DNA of 64,000 nucleotides from Andalucia godoyi And28. Its lineage: Eukaryota > Protista > Jakobida. A program made the position numbers and the translations under genes. The stretch's first letter is position 1. Every line of letters begins with the position of its first letter. This document shows, piece by piece, positions 41,001-51,026 of this stretch. The stretch is taken from assembly GCA_009859145.1 (NCBI GenBank), contig VRVR01000013.1:272786-336785 (forward strand). Direction: 5' to 3'. The notes under the pieces were generated by a model. That model was not told the DNA's origin and ran no database searches. It was given only the letters and a program-made list of their open reading frames with translations.

Positions 41001-43071
41001 CAGCATTGGAAGACGCCATGAGCTGCAGTCGCTCTTTGGCCACATGGTCCCGCATGACAATCGATCTCCAAGCCACAAAAGCTTTTGCTTTGGAACTGTA
41101 AACAGCATAGCGACCGACCATCGCAGACTGCATTTCATCCAAAATAATACGCCGACTCAAAAACTTCATCCTGCGAAACGCGTGTAGCATCAGAGAACAT
41201 AGATAGTGCTTGTCCGCTTTCAGTACATTCACGAAACTTGCAAACCACCAATGGAAACATTGACGTTGAATCCGCTTCTGGCGACGCTGGCTGACCGACT
41301 CCACTCTGGAAACGAGATCAAGCGACTGTGAAGCGAACGCTCGAAGCGACGACAGACAACTTTGGGCGATGCGAACGGCGACAGCTTCGTCGGCGGCGTC
41401 CACTGCACGCTCGATTAAATTTCTTCTGCGAGACAGGAACTGGAGATGCCGAAGAAACAACTTGGCGATGGTTCTTGTTGCAACCTGGCTATGCAGATGC
41501 GACTGTAACGAGGAGATTTCCTTGTGAGAAGCGTGGGTAGCCGAAATTCTTGACGACGTACCAGCCTGCGCCAAGCCCCCGCGCATCCTTGATAAATGGG
41601 AACCGAGGCCCTTGACAGATTTGGAAGTCCGAACAGCAGTTTCAACCTTTTTGCGCTCTTGCGCTCGCATCAACAGCAAATCGCGCAGTGCTTCGTCTGC
41701 TCCGTCGTACAAAGCCCTGTTTTGCAAAGAGTGTGCTGCTTCAAAGTCTCTTATCGATGCACCCTTTTCCTCAAGAACTTCGGATCGTATTCCAAGGCAC
41801 AAAGCAAGAAAGGGATCCAAAGGAGAGCCTCGCGATGAATCGTCAGAGACTGAGTATGGGCGCTGACGGCAGCTAAGAAAACTATGCGGCTCTGCTCGCT
41901 CAGAATCGAGGGACACTCCAGACACATAGGAGGACGATGATATTGCAAAAGACGAGTCTTGCGCATGAGCAGGCTTGGATCCGCTTGACGGTTCGTGTTG
42001 GCGGACAGCGGTCGAAAGCGCAAGATTATGAGACGTTTGGGCCGATGGCACTGTAACCTCGACACGAGAGGGCGAGAATGAGAGGCGTTTTCGAGGTCCT
42101 TGGACCATGGTATCGGCGGGCACAGAGCTTGTTCTGCAATCGGGATCCATTCTGTCAATGATTGTTTCATGCAACGGACTGACACCATAGCTGCGGGGAT
42201 ACGGCGACGTTTTAGGCAGATCAGCGATGGCATTGCGACCAGGAGTGGATTGGAGCGAGGGAGGTACTGATAAGGTCCGTGAATACGAGGTGTCGGCAGT
42301 CCTTCCACGAGCACCGCTTGCGCTAACTGATCGACCGGAGTGCAGCGTACGCGGTGCAGGAACATTCGACAAATACTGCTCGAGCTCTGACAAGTTAGCG
42401 GAGACAAAAGGCTCTCCTGCTGCTCTTCTTTCGACTTTTGCATCAATCTCTCTCTTTCTGCTTTCGACATCGGACTCTGAAAGAACCCTCCGATCCACCG
42501 CAGCGGGTTTCGGTGGGGCTGCGTGAACGGTCACCTGCGGCTGCAATCGGGGTGAAGGCGGTACCGAGGAGCCTATGCTAGATATGTCGTCTGGATCCTC
42601 GATAGCGATCTGGGTCTTCTTGTTTCGCGATTCTGGAGTTTGCGTCGACAGAGACTTCGGTCTCGATTTCAGAGGGGTCACACCAGCTCGATCCAGACGA
42701 ATTAACTGGGACTCTGACTGCACCGAAGAATGCTGAGCGGAAGCAGAGACAAGAGCTCGTGACAGCTCTCGCAAAGGCGAGTGGTCATCTTCCAAAGCCT
42801 CCACAGTCTCCTCCCATTCCGGGTACGAACTCGAACGAAGATTTGTAACTTGTGGACGAGATCGTGGTTGCACCAGACCCGCCGCCGCCGACGCAGTAGT
42901 AGCCTCTGTTTCGGCAGAACGCTTCAGATACCGGTCAATGTTGGGTGATTTATCTCTGTGCAACTGTTCTTCACGAGTTTTTTTCAACTCGGATTGCTTC
43001 CTCGCTGAGGGGAACTCAAAGACCAAAGACTTTTGTGGCGATGGCGCCCCAGTGCGAAGCGACGCATCCAT
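38098..43071 (-). CDS. SFI1: SFI1-like centrin-binding repeat protein, about 1657 aa
   Basis: More than 15 periodic (F/L)xxW(R/K) repeats (RQCFHWW, KAFVAWR, RMLPKWR, VMTVWKQ, AFRGWRK, KSFRFWK, CFLAWKD, ALRIWKQ, SFVLWKT, SFSKWRL) after a disordered S/P-rich N-terminus. Confidence 0.8.
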   Translation of the reverse strand: MDASLRTGAPSPQKSLVFEFPSARKQSELKKTREEQLHRDKSPNIDRYLKRSAETEATTASAAAGLVQPRSRPQVTNLRSSSYPEWEETVEALEDDHSPLRELSRALVSASAQHSSVQSESQLIRLDRAGVTPLKSRPKSLSTQTPESRNKKTQIAIEDPDDISSIGSSVPPSPRLQPQVTVHAAPPKPAAVDRRVLSESDVESRKREIDAKVERRAAGEPFVSANLSELEQYLSNVPAPRTLHSGRSVSASGARGRTADTSYSRTLSVPPSLQSTPGRNAIADLPKTSPYPRSYGVSPLHETIIDRMDPDCRTSSVPADTMVQGPRKRLSFSPSRVEVTVPSAQTSHNLALSTAVRQHEPSSGSKPAHAQDSSFAISSSSYVSGVSLDSERAEPHSFLSCRQRPYSVSDDSSRGSPLDPFLALCLGIRSEVLEEKGASIRDFEAAHSLQNRALYDGADEALRDLLLMRAQERKKVETAVRTSKSVKGLGSHLSRMRGGLAQAGTSSRISATHASHKEISSLQSHLHSQVATRTIAKLFLRHLQFLSRRRNLIERAVDAADEAVAVRIAQSCLSSLRAFASQSLDLVSRVESVSQRRQKRIQRQCFHWWFASFVNVLKADKHYLCSLMLHAFRRMKFLSRRIILDEMQSAMVGRYAVYSSKAKAFVAWRSIVMRDHVAKERLQLMASSNAAGAATLDTNFSASSAFSGLISRFYLRHGDETAKLSALRREFRENKGIPSLSPQDATITDVSTVEDFLEHLGTSSTDSVSHILKRGAGDVGPISRTSSVHNIPATRLHHADASVVRRAESMRPKPIKSRRDDEASTVSSLAPTPVSVTSSSKPAPPPRISSALSLPKRAPISYDRVSSAGSSKPGGAGMSISQYTPDTASSCPVSAPSFTFPNVVTDIRELMPTLKSYGRVACQAKAQIDGNPMIGPSFSPAHAAMFVMMLKEDLPKSDTPVADRSLLQQATLFYRNKLGRACLAIWYDAFLERYVGRKSNEMMLRIVMKRMLPKWRDMAKRRVEGLHSLTEKMKHRDIMDVFFWWRSISRRLAETEVALGTIGYRKIYLAKYLGRLKKLVQLKRELLIKTLRSIEVDSHRHLRRVMTVWKQFALRRRLEAHIIRSVQSKSHGRKIHYCWHLWKSRLGNRQLVKRVFNRALMFWNFRLFEYPEELENEDVLRMAFRGWRKHVRKSDFHRFRQYQEDIAVNWRVCALLGKSFRFWKSSVENRVKVQAFAVRRVYRRSIECFLAWKDFVRRRKTLISMINGRQTAARALRIWKQRFWQSLKRTDVIARVILRNWRESTADSCHARPAQIHRRMQVKRSFVLWKTRTLLNRCVRLARQRSAWKFALRCLRTWKQYTCAQSSMYKKRKALLEARARRLQHRCVISWILFVHRRKEDRKDKAAADHLARPGITKRSFSKWRLRFADRKRIAALQSAADEFYFGRMSKKQSGTLDPKSTVLSMERIAKLSNSTDPRSKESSLSLHETSHAPSPSHIRSASGILVHIPSTKTAMQAQNQRFLSFLRPQFKAFECDLMIRVIRKWREVVVRNKRETKASTDMRIRVRNKMMDRVFLFWLRRANMIRRIRAKDFQENLKKQIRHSDLQLKENQSHFLRCPETAPFARDVSSHAAQSKAYYRPGPMAIHEPRVPLSFL

Positions 43072-43904
43072 TGTCTGGAACGCTCTACTTGGGCTGACAC
43101 TGACCCCGACTCGTTCCAACGTAAAATAAACACAAACGCCATTTAGATTAGGAAATGAAGACACGGATCGACTGGAGTACTAGCTGAATTCGAAAGGAAA
43201 CATACGTCGGTGTTCTCGTAGACGACTTGAGATCAGAATCTGCTGATGATTTTGGTCGAAAAGCAACTGGTACACTGGATCTGCAACGAATTAAAAAAAC
43301 ACAATGTAAGACGCGAGAACAAGCATAATTGCGGGAAAAAAACATGCAACAACGAAGTTAAAAAGAGCAAGAGCCCCGCCGCATACTGTTCTCGTGGTTT
43401 ATCGGGAGAAATAGGATGGTTCACAAGGAACCTCACTGTTTTCTTCATGAACGCCGAGTCGTGTTTTTCACAATGTTAACACACACCGCCTTTTTTCTTT
43501 AATGCATGCGGAACACCCAGCAGGAATACAAAACTGGAATACGTTAACTGTGAATCCAAACCAACTGAAACAGCCAATAAAAATAATATTAAAAAAAATC
43601 AAAAGCAGCAACAACAAAAAACAAGAACAGACAGAAAACGAGGGAAGCCATTTGCTGTAGACTCTGCGTCTTTTGCGAGGGAAACTGACTGCATGACAAT
43701 TTCGTTATTGTCAGAGAAGTTCCCCGACGCATTAACGTTCTGTTGCCAAAATCACCCGATAAGTCCCCGCTTTCCGGTTTGCTCATACGTTGTTCAAACC
43801 CATCGTTTTCGTTTTTGCCTTTCGTTTTGTTGCAGTTTCTTTTTGCAGCTTCTTTCCCCCTCCATCATTCAGTCGCAGCCAGCTTGTTTACTTTTCCCCC
43901 CCTC

Positions 43905-44008
43905 GGTGTCTCGGTGTCTCGGTGTCTTGGTGTCTTGGTGTCTTGGTGTCTTGGTGTCTTGGTGTCTTGGTGTCTTGGTGCCTTGGTGTCTTGGTGTCTT
44001 GGTGTCTT
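43905..44008 (+). repeat. Minisatellite (GGTGTCTT)x13
   Basis: 13 tandem 8-mers: first two GGTGTCTC, one GGTGCCTT, the rest exact; ends 15 nt before ATG 44024. Confidence 0.95.
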
Positions 44009-44023
44009 GGGAATATCCACTAG

Positions 44024-46045
44024 ATGAGTGAAGTTGTGCAGCCGGATAGTTTCCAGCTGCTGTTCGGAGACTCGCTGGATGAGAAACTGCTTTCAAAGAC
44101 GTGGCAGGACCGAGTGGCTGCGCTTGCAGACTCGACGCTGTTGTTAAAGCAATCTGCTGCTGTGAATCCGAAGCTTGTTCTGTGTCCTTCGACAACGTTG
44201 CCTGTGAGCAAGTCCGTACTATTTGAGGCTTATGCGGCGCTAATTAAGCGAGGACTCGAAGACAAGATCATGCATGTGTCGTTCGCTGCGGCAAAGCTAC
44301 TCAGAGATGTGCTGCAACCTTCAGACCCCGATATCCAAGAAATCACTCAGAAGTGCTCGAGGCAGAATGAAGCCGGCATTGTGAAGGCGTTTGATCCTGT
44401 CTGCGATGCGTTGATTGCGAAGCTGAATGATACAAACGGCCGGGTCCGCACCATGGGACAGACAGGCCTTTTGACATTGGCGAACCACCCGTGTCTCAAA
44501 TCGGGCCCTGTGCTTTGCCGGCTTGTCAACTTTCAGTCCAAAACTGCTTTTCAACCCAAGGGCCTTGAAGCAAGGCTGCAGAGTCTTCAGCAGGTCCTTT
44601 CCAAGGACAAATCCGTAGAAGATGCCAGCCTCCTGGAAGGTCTGATACGTTTTCTTTGCCCTTTGCTTACCCATGCAAATGCTTCTGTGCGCGAGAATGC
44701 ATTTGCGTGCTGCAAAATCTTGCATTCACAAGACTCTGCGATGTTTTCCGCAGTGCTGGAAAGGGTGCTGGCCGAATGCGGCCTCTCTTCTGCACAGAGC
44801 TCAAAGTCTTCCGCCTCGAGGACGCGACTCTCGGTGCGCAGCAGCTCCGGTCACACAGTGTCTTCCAGTACTGACAACAGCGCAGCCGCCAATGCAATGC
44901 TTCAGACGGTGCTGGAATACTGTCTGTCTAGAGGCGTTCCGCGAACTGCGGACTTCCGTGGTGACACGACGAACGAGTGCAATGGCACCGCAGATGGCTC
45001 TGGCCCCCCGGATGTCGTTGCTTCTTCTCGCACTCCGTCTCCGAATTTAGTGACGGATTCAGAGTTGTCCTTAATTTCACGATTTTCGAGAGAGAAAAAA
45101 TTCAAATACGAGTCGAATGCTGATTTTTGCGCTCGTCTCACACATCTGTTCATGAATCAGAGCGAGCTGCGGTCACTTCCAGACGTCTTGAACTGTTTGC
45201 CGAATCTTTCCGTGCTGTACGCATACGGCAACCAAATCAAAGATATTTCTGCATTGAGTCGAGGTGGAACGTTGCTGTCAAGCATTTATCTGCAGGATAA
45301 TGCCATTTCCGACTTGTCGCCAAGCGTATGCATTTCTCTGTGCAATGTTCGGAAGCTCTTCCTTGACCACAACGCGATCTGCGAGTTGTCCGGTTTGGAG
45401 TGCATGTCCCATCTGGAGGAGTTGCATGTCTCTCATCAACAGGGCTGCAATGTTGGCCATCCGCTTACTATCGCCCCGGCCTCACTGGAAGCTCTGTCAA
45501 AGACGTTGCGAATTCTGAATATTGCAGGAAACGGCATTTCGACGCTTGGCCCGTTTTCACCCATGAGATCTCTCGAAGTTCTCATTGTGGCGAAGAATGA
45601 CATTTCAGACACCGTCTTGGAGGAGACGCTCCAAGTGCTTCGCAGATTCAGCAGACTGCAAGAAGTTGATTTTCGAGGCAATCCGATTTGCAGCCTGGGC
45701 CCCAAGCTGCGGGAGCATGTCATAGTGAACACAAGCCGCATTCTCGTCGTCAACGGTTCCGAAGTCAAAGAGCAAGATCGAATGTTCGTTTGTCGTTTCT
45801 CGCAGCTGAAGAAGAAGCGCGATCAGCAGGAAGTTCCAATTCGAGAGTTTGCCGATTCAGAAGACGGTGCCGCACAATCCGGCTCAGAAGATCGCAGCGT
45901 GCACTATTCTCAGCACGCCGAGTCGGATTCGAAGTTCCCCAGAACAGACCCTCATATTGTTTCGCTGCCTCCGCGGACGTCCTCTGTGCCAAGTGCTGGT
46001 GGCTTCCGAATTGACTCGAGAAAACTCCCGTGTAAGTTCGGATAG
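44024..46045 (+). CDS. TOG/HEAT domain plus PPP1R42(TLRR)-like leucine-rich-repeat protein
   Basis: N-terminal HEAT repeats (LLSKTWQDRVAAL, LEDKIMHVSFAAAKLL, LIAKLNDTNGRVR); C-terminal LRRs (LTHLFMN, LSVLYAYGNQI, IYLQDNAI, LEELHVSHQ, TLRILNIAGNGI, VDFRGNPIC). Confidence 0.82.
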   Translation: MSEVVQPDSFQLLFGDSLDEKLLSKTWQDRVAALADSTLLLKQSAAVNPKLVLCPSTTLPVSKSVLFEAYAALIKRGLEDKIMHVSFAAAKLLRDVLQPSDPDIQEITQKCSRQNEAGIVKAFDPVCDALIAKLNDTNGRVRTMGQTGLLTLANHPCLKSGPVLCRLVNFQSKTAFQPKGLEARLQSLQQVLSKDKSVEDASLLEGLIRFLCPLLTHANASVRENAFACCKILHSQDSAMFSAVLERVLAECGLSSAQSSKSSASRTRLSVRSSSGHTVSSSTDNSAAANAMLQTVLEYCLSRGVPRTADFRGDTTNECNGTADGSGPPDVVASSRTPSPNLVTDSELSLISRFSREKKFKYESNADFCARLTHLFMNQSELRSLPDVLNCLPNLSVLYAYGNQIKDISALSRGGTLLSSIYLQDNAISDLSPSVCISLCNVRKLFLDHNAICELSGLECMSHLEELHVSHQQGCNVGHPLTIAPASLEALSKTLRILNIAGNGISTLGPFSPMRSLEVLIVAKNDISDTVLEETLQVLRRFSRLQEVDFRGNPICSLGPKLREHVIVNTSRILVVNGSEVKEQDRMFVCRFSQLKKKRDQQEVPIREFADSEDGAAQSGSEDRSVHYSQHAESDSKFPRTDPHIVSLPPRTSSVPSAGGFRIDSRKLPCKFG

Positions 46046-46347
46046 GTTGATCAGAACATTCCTCTGCCGTCGACTTCAACAAAAACGTAGTGTACAGAAA
46101 AGGAATGTATATGTATATGTATATGCGTACCACATGTTTTTTTTAAAAATTATTAATTAATTCGAGAACAACAAGCAAGGGGGCGAATCAATCATCAAAC
46201 AAGGATGCGAAGCGGCGAACGAGGACGATCCAACCAACAAACAAACCAGCAAATCACACAAAACCAAGCAAACACAAAACACAAACGCTGCGCTTCAAAA
46301 ACAAAAACAAAAAACAAAAAAAGAAACGCAATCTGGCAAGCCGTGTT

Positions 46348-48087
46348 TTAATTCAGCAGCTGCGGATAGCTAGGGAAGTACATGTTGTCTCGCACAAGGC
46401 GCTCGATCGATCGAGGTCTTGGGATCGTCGCATTGTTAGTATCAAATGCAATAGTTGCAACCTTCACTGCGATGATCTCCGAGACTTCACGGATGCGCTG
46501 GATAGAGGGGAACAGCCGTCCCTCTTTTTCCTCATCTCCGGTGACAAGGCTCGAGATGGTCTGCGCAGCAACAAAGAACATTTCGTCTGTAACGTGCTTG
46601 GCATACGCGGACAGAACACCTTGCGCAACACCGGGGAACACATACACATTGTTGGCCTGCGACGGGCACACTGTGTTGCCCTTGATAGACAGCTTGTTGA
46701 AAGGGGATCCCGAAGCAAACAGGCAGCGACCGTCAGTCCACGCGAACGCCTGCTCGGCAGTGCACTCCGCACACGATGTAGGGTTTGAGAGCGGGAACAC
46801 CACAGGGCGTTTGTTGATTTCGGCCATGTAGCGAACGCATTCCTCGGTAAATGTGCCGCCCTGTCCAGACACTCCAATAATTGCGGTCGGCTTAAGGGTT
46901 TTGACGACTTCGAACCAATCTGCAATTTCAGGGAATCCCTCATGAGCAAATCGAAGCTTGTGGTGCTGAAGCTCGTGCTTTCTGCTGGCGACAACGAGAC
47001 CCTTCGAGTCAAACAAGAAGCAGCGCTTGATTGCCTCTTCTTCCGGAACGCCCTCTTGCTTGATGGCCTCGGCAACCAAATCGGCAATGCCGCGAGCTGC
47101 TTCTCCGGCTCCCATAAACAGGACACGTTCGTCCTTCATGCTTGTTCCCTTGATGCGAACAGCCGACAGCAAGCCAGCAAGCGTAACTGCAGCGGTACCC
47201 TGGATGTCGTCATTGAAGGTGAGAATCTTATCTCTATAATGTTCCAGTAAATGGAACGCAGATGAAGATTGAACATCCTCCCACTGAATCAGCACATGTG
47301 CGAATTTCTTCGTGGCTGCCTGCACAAACTCCTCGACGAGTTCGTAGTACTCGGGGCCCTTCTCACGGTGGCGGCTCAGTCCAGGGTAGAGAGGATCTGC
47401 CAGCAGCTTCTTGTTGTCCGTTCCAACATCCAACGTGATAGGAAGCGTTGTGGCCGGATGAACACCTCCCACAGCCGTGAACAAGGTGAGCTTTCCAACC
47501 GGAATCGGATGTCCATTGCAACCGAGATCTCCGAGTCCCAGGATCCGACCACCGTCTGTCACCACAATTGCTCTAACCTGATCCGTCGGATAGTTGTCGA
47601 GAATTTCAGCAACGTGTCCCTTATCCTCGATCGAGATGTACAATCCGCGCGGACGATTGAAGATGTGTCCGTACCGAAGACAGGCCTCGCCAACTGTCGG
47701 CGTGTACACAATAGGCATCAGCTCTTCAATATGCTGTCCCAAAAGCGAGTAGAACAGCGTGATGTTGCGATCCTCCAGAAGATGCAGGAACTGGTACTTG
47801 TCAAGCGGAGTTGCACAGCGCTGCAGAGACGCGTATGCTCGCTCAACCTGCGTTTCAAGAGTCGCAACACGCGGAGGAATAAGCCCGCGAAGCCCAAGAC
47901 GGTCGCGCTCTTCCATCGTAAACGCAGTCGACTTGTTGTAAAGCCGAGAGTTCAAAACGTCAATCCCCCGAAGTACGGGAGGGTCAAAGAGCGAAAGGTT
48001 CTTTCGAGCCGAAGACGCAGCATACAAAGACGACCCACCAGGCGTCACAGGAGACTTTGGAGTTTCCGTAGGTGTGCTCGCTGACAT
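46348..48087 (-). CDS. Malic enzyme (NAD(P)-dependent malate dehydrogenase, decarboxylating), about 579 aa
   Basis: MPIVYTPTVGEAC, VVTDGGRILGLGDLG, TFNDDIQGTAAVTLAGL, FMGAGEAARGIA, FPLSNPT, SQANNVYVFPG. Confidence 0.96.
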   Translation of the reverse strand: MSASTPTETPKSPVTPGGSSLYAASSARKNLSLFDPPVLRGIDVLNSRLYNKSTAFTMEERDRLGLRGLIPPRVATLETQVERAYASLQRCATPLDKYQFLHLLEDRNITLFYSLLGQHIEELMPIVYTPTVGEACLRYGHIFNRPRGLYISIEDKGHVAEILDNYPTDQVRAIVVTDGGRILGLGDLGCNGHPIPVGKLTLFTAVGGVHPATTLPITLDVGTDNKKLLADPLYPGLSRHREKGPEYYELVEEFVQAATKKFAHVLIQWEDVQSSSAFHLLEHYRDKILTFNDDIQGTAAVTLAGLLSAVRIKGTSMKDERVLFMGAGEAARGIADLVAEAIKQEGVPEEEAIKRCFLFDSKGLVVASRKHELQHHKLRFAHEGFPEIADWFEVVKTLKPTAIIGVSGQGGTFTEECVRYMAEINKRPVVFPLSNPTSCAECTAEQAFAWTDGRCLFASGSPFNKLSIKGNTVCPSQANNVYVFPGVAQGVLSAYAKHVTDEMFFVAAQTISSLVTGDEEKEGRLFPSIQRIREVSEIIAVKVATIAFDTNNATIPRPRSIERLVRDNMYFPSYPQLLN

Positions 48088-48785
48088 TTTCCCCCGTCCT
48101 CTGTTCCCAACAATCAATAAGTACAAAAAAATACCTTAATCCTTTTAATCTTTAAGAAAACCAGAATAAAACGAAAACACGGAAAATATACAAGAGAAGA
48201 AAAAAGTCCAGTGCTGCACGACTGTTGGACGAAGGACGGCAGCGGTCCGCAGCGGAAACCCCAGACAGACGTTTACGCTTTTATTATTTTATTGGTGTTT
48301 TTTACGAGCGTTGAAGATTCTCTTTTTACTTTTTTAAAAATCTTTTCGGGGCACTGCAGGCATGGTAATCCGTTCAAAAGTTCGATGCGCGCTCAAAGTA
48401 CAAGAGACGAAGAGCCAACAACTCATCCGTTGTTGTTGCGGAGGCTCACCAGTCTCCCGAGGCAAAAGTATTCATTGGATTGGTGGTGCTGCCGTATCGA
48501 AAGTGCCGTTTGAATTTTTAGAAGAGAAGAAAAAAAATATGATATTCTGAATAAGACGGGCGTGGAAGCGACAGAAAATCTGGGCGAGGTGTGAGTTGGA
48601 GGACAGTAAGCTGTAGGTCACATTTTTTAAATATTACTATTATTATTATGAGATTCGTTTCTTCCTAGTGTACCTTTTTATTTTCCATTTCCTAATCCAA
48701 AGTTTCTTCTATTACAGACACACACACAGAGACACAGACAGGCACACATGCACCAAAAAGATGTTCTGCAAAGTCCCGTGTTCGC

Positions 48786-50441
48786 TTACTGCTTGCCCTT
48801 CGGTCCACCAGCCTGGCGAGCAACAATGATGCTATCCACTCGGAGAACATCAACAGCCGCAGACACTGCCAGCCGGATGCCCCACTGTCGGGTCTCGAGG
48901 GCATCCCAGACTTGCATTTCTGCTGCATCTCCGATTGCCATCGAGAGAACATCCACACAGGCATTCTTTGCACCCTGGGAATGCTTCGCATACAGCGACG
49001 ATACAAGTTCCGTTGCATTGGCACCAGAGTTCTCCGCAAGCGTTCTGGGGATCATTTCCAAAGCCTCGGCAAACTTCTTGATTGCATACTGATCAAGTCC
49101 CGGGCACGAATCTCCATACCGCTGAATTGCCAATGCAAGCTCCATTTCGGATGCTCCGGCGCCCGGAATGACAACCGGGTGTCGGCAAAACACCTTGAAC
49201 GTGTTGAGAGCCTTGTCAATCGCACGCTCGACATCGTCCATGATGTTTCCAGTGGCTCCACGAACAACAATGGTTGAGATGCGGCTGGTGTCGTCTCCAA
49301 CAAAGACAGTGACCTTGTGTCCTGCAATTTCGCGTGATTCCACAGCGGTCGAATGTCCAACTTCTTCCTCGGTGGGCTTCCCGAGTCTGATCAGCGGTGT
49401 TGCTCCAATTGCCGAGCACACGCGGCGAACATCAAACTTGGACGGCACCTTGATTGCCATGATCTTGTGTCTTTCCAAAAAGTGGAGTGCAAGCTCCGAG
49501 ATGTTCTGTGCACACACAACGACATTGACTCCGCAATCTGCGATCTCCTGGATCGAATCTCCCAGAATCTTCTCTTCTTCCTGGGAAAACGATTTCAGCT
49601 GTTCTGCAGAAGTGATCGTGACGGTGCCCTTTGCCTCGGTCGACGAATGGTCCATGGGGCAATTGTACACTGCAATCTTTGCATTCTTGACATTGTGGAC
49701 GGTTCCCGTCACAGGTCTTGCCAGCACAAATCCCGGAAGGAACGTCGTCTGTGCAACGGACGCACCCTCAATCTTTGCCACACGCACATTGTCAACGCTG
49801 AATGCAACCTGCGCAAACTTGTTCATTCCCTCGTTGTTGGCATCCGAGTCTTCCACATCCTGCTTCTTGTTCTTCGGCAACGCGTGGATGCAAGCCTTGG
49901 CAACGATCGGTGCCAAGATGTCTTCATATCCAAACTGTTTTGCTGCAATGACGGACTTCAGAGCCTTGATAACGGACTCCTCGTTTCGCACATCCACCTT
50001 TTCTGCCACGGCAAGCGAATCCAAAAACTCAAGAGTCTTCTTTCCGGCCTTGGAGTATCCCTCCAGGATATCAGACGGATGCAGTCCCATGCGCAAGAGC
50101 GGCTCCGCCTGCGCAAGGAGCTCCCCAGCAAGCGCAACAACGAAGTTCGTTCCGTCTCCAACCTCCTTTTGCTGCGTTTCTGCAGCATGCACAATGATCT
50201 TCGCTGCCGGATGCTGAATTTCGAGTTCTCTGACAATCGTCGATGCATCGTGCGTTACGAAAATCTTCGATAAGTGGTTCACGACCATTTTGTTCATTCC
50301 GTTGGGTCCCAGAGAAGTACGAATGAGATTCATGAAGTCCTTCGTAGCTTCGATGTTGCGAATGATCGCCTCCTCCACTCCAGAAAGGTGTTTCGTACCT
50401 TCCTTGAAAATACCACCCATAGATGGCTGACCGAACGACAT
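48786..50441 (-). CDS. CCT8: T-complex protein 1 subunit theta
   Basis: FKEGTKHLSGVEEAIIRNIEA, RTSLGPNGMNKMVVNHL, EVGDGTNFV, GASEMELA, LRVDSIIVARQAGGPK. Confidence 0.96.
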   Translation of the reverse strand: MSFGQPSMGGIFKEGTKHLSGVEEAIIRNIEATKDFMNLIRTSLGPNGMNKMVVNHLSKIFVTHDASTIVRELEIQHPAAKIIVHAAETQQKEVGDGTNFVVALAGELLAQAEPLLRMGLHPSDILEGYSKAGKKTLEFLDSLAVAEKVDVRNEESVIKALKSVIAAKQFGYEDILAPIVAKACIHALPKNKKQDVEDSDANNEGMNKFAQVAFSVDNVRVAKIEGASVAQTTFLPGFVLARPVTGTVHNVKNAKIAVYNCPMDHSSTEAKGTVTITSAEQLKSFSQEEEKILGDSIQEIADCGVNVVVCAQNISELALHFLERHKIMAIKVPSKFDVRRVCSAIGATPLIRLGKPTEEEVGHSTAVESREIAGHKVTVFVGDDTSRISTIVVRGATGNIMDDVERAIDKALNTFKVFCRHPVVIPGAGASEMELALAIQRYGDSCPGLDQYAIKKFAEALEMIPRTLAENSGANATELVSSLYAKHSQGAKNACVDVLSMAIGDAAEMQVWDALETRQWGIRLAVSAAVDVLRVDSIIVARQAGGPKGKQ

Positions 50442-51026
50442 TATGCAATAAAATCCGACTGTGTAATCTCCTTTTTCTTTATGAAAAAAAAATAAAATAT
50501 TATAACAGGAACCTCGGAAAAACTCGGAAACACAAAAAAAAAGAAGGAAAATAAACTCAGAGAATTATGATTACCTCCAAACCGAGGACGATGAATGCGA
50601 CTATTCGTATGTGAGAAAGGGAAAAAAAAAATGTCATTGAAGTGTGTGTATGTGTTTGCGTTGGAGAGAGATTTGGCGAAATGACTCAAAACGTCAATGT
50701 TCCTTGGGCGGGAATGACAATTTCTGAAATCATATGAGTTTCGGAATTGGGACTGACACTCTCTACTCAACTCGACAATTGTCGTGTCTCTTAGCCGATT
50801 TCTTTCGTATTATTGTATGTACATATATGTATATATTTTTCAAAACAGATTTTATTGACATTATGTTTCCTTAATGCTGTTCATTCTTTGTTTTGTTTTG
50901 TTTTGTTTTGTTTTGGTTTGTTGTTGCTGTTTGCTGTTCATCAGTCAGTCATTTCGGCAATTTTCCACCCGGGGTGCTTGGCGGGTACAGTAAGCGAAAA
51001 GAAGGAGACGGTAAGAAAACAAGGGT

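Noticed and set aside
49168-50273. Long plus-strand ORFs (349 aa, 306 aa) opposite CCT8; similar shadows at 35167-36300 and 19622-20581
   Set aside because: Antisense shadows of well-conserved genes with no recognisable motifs.
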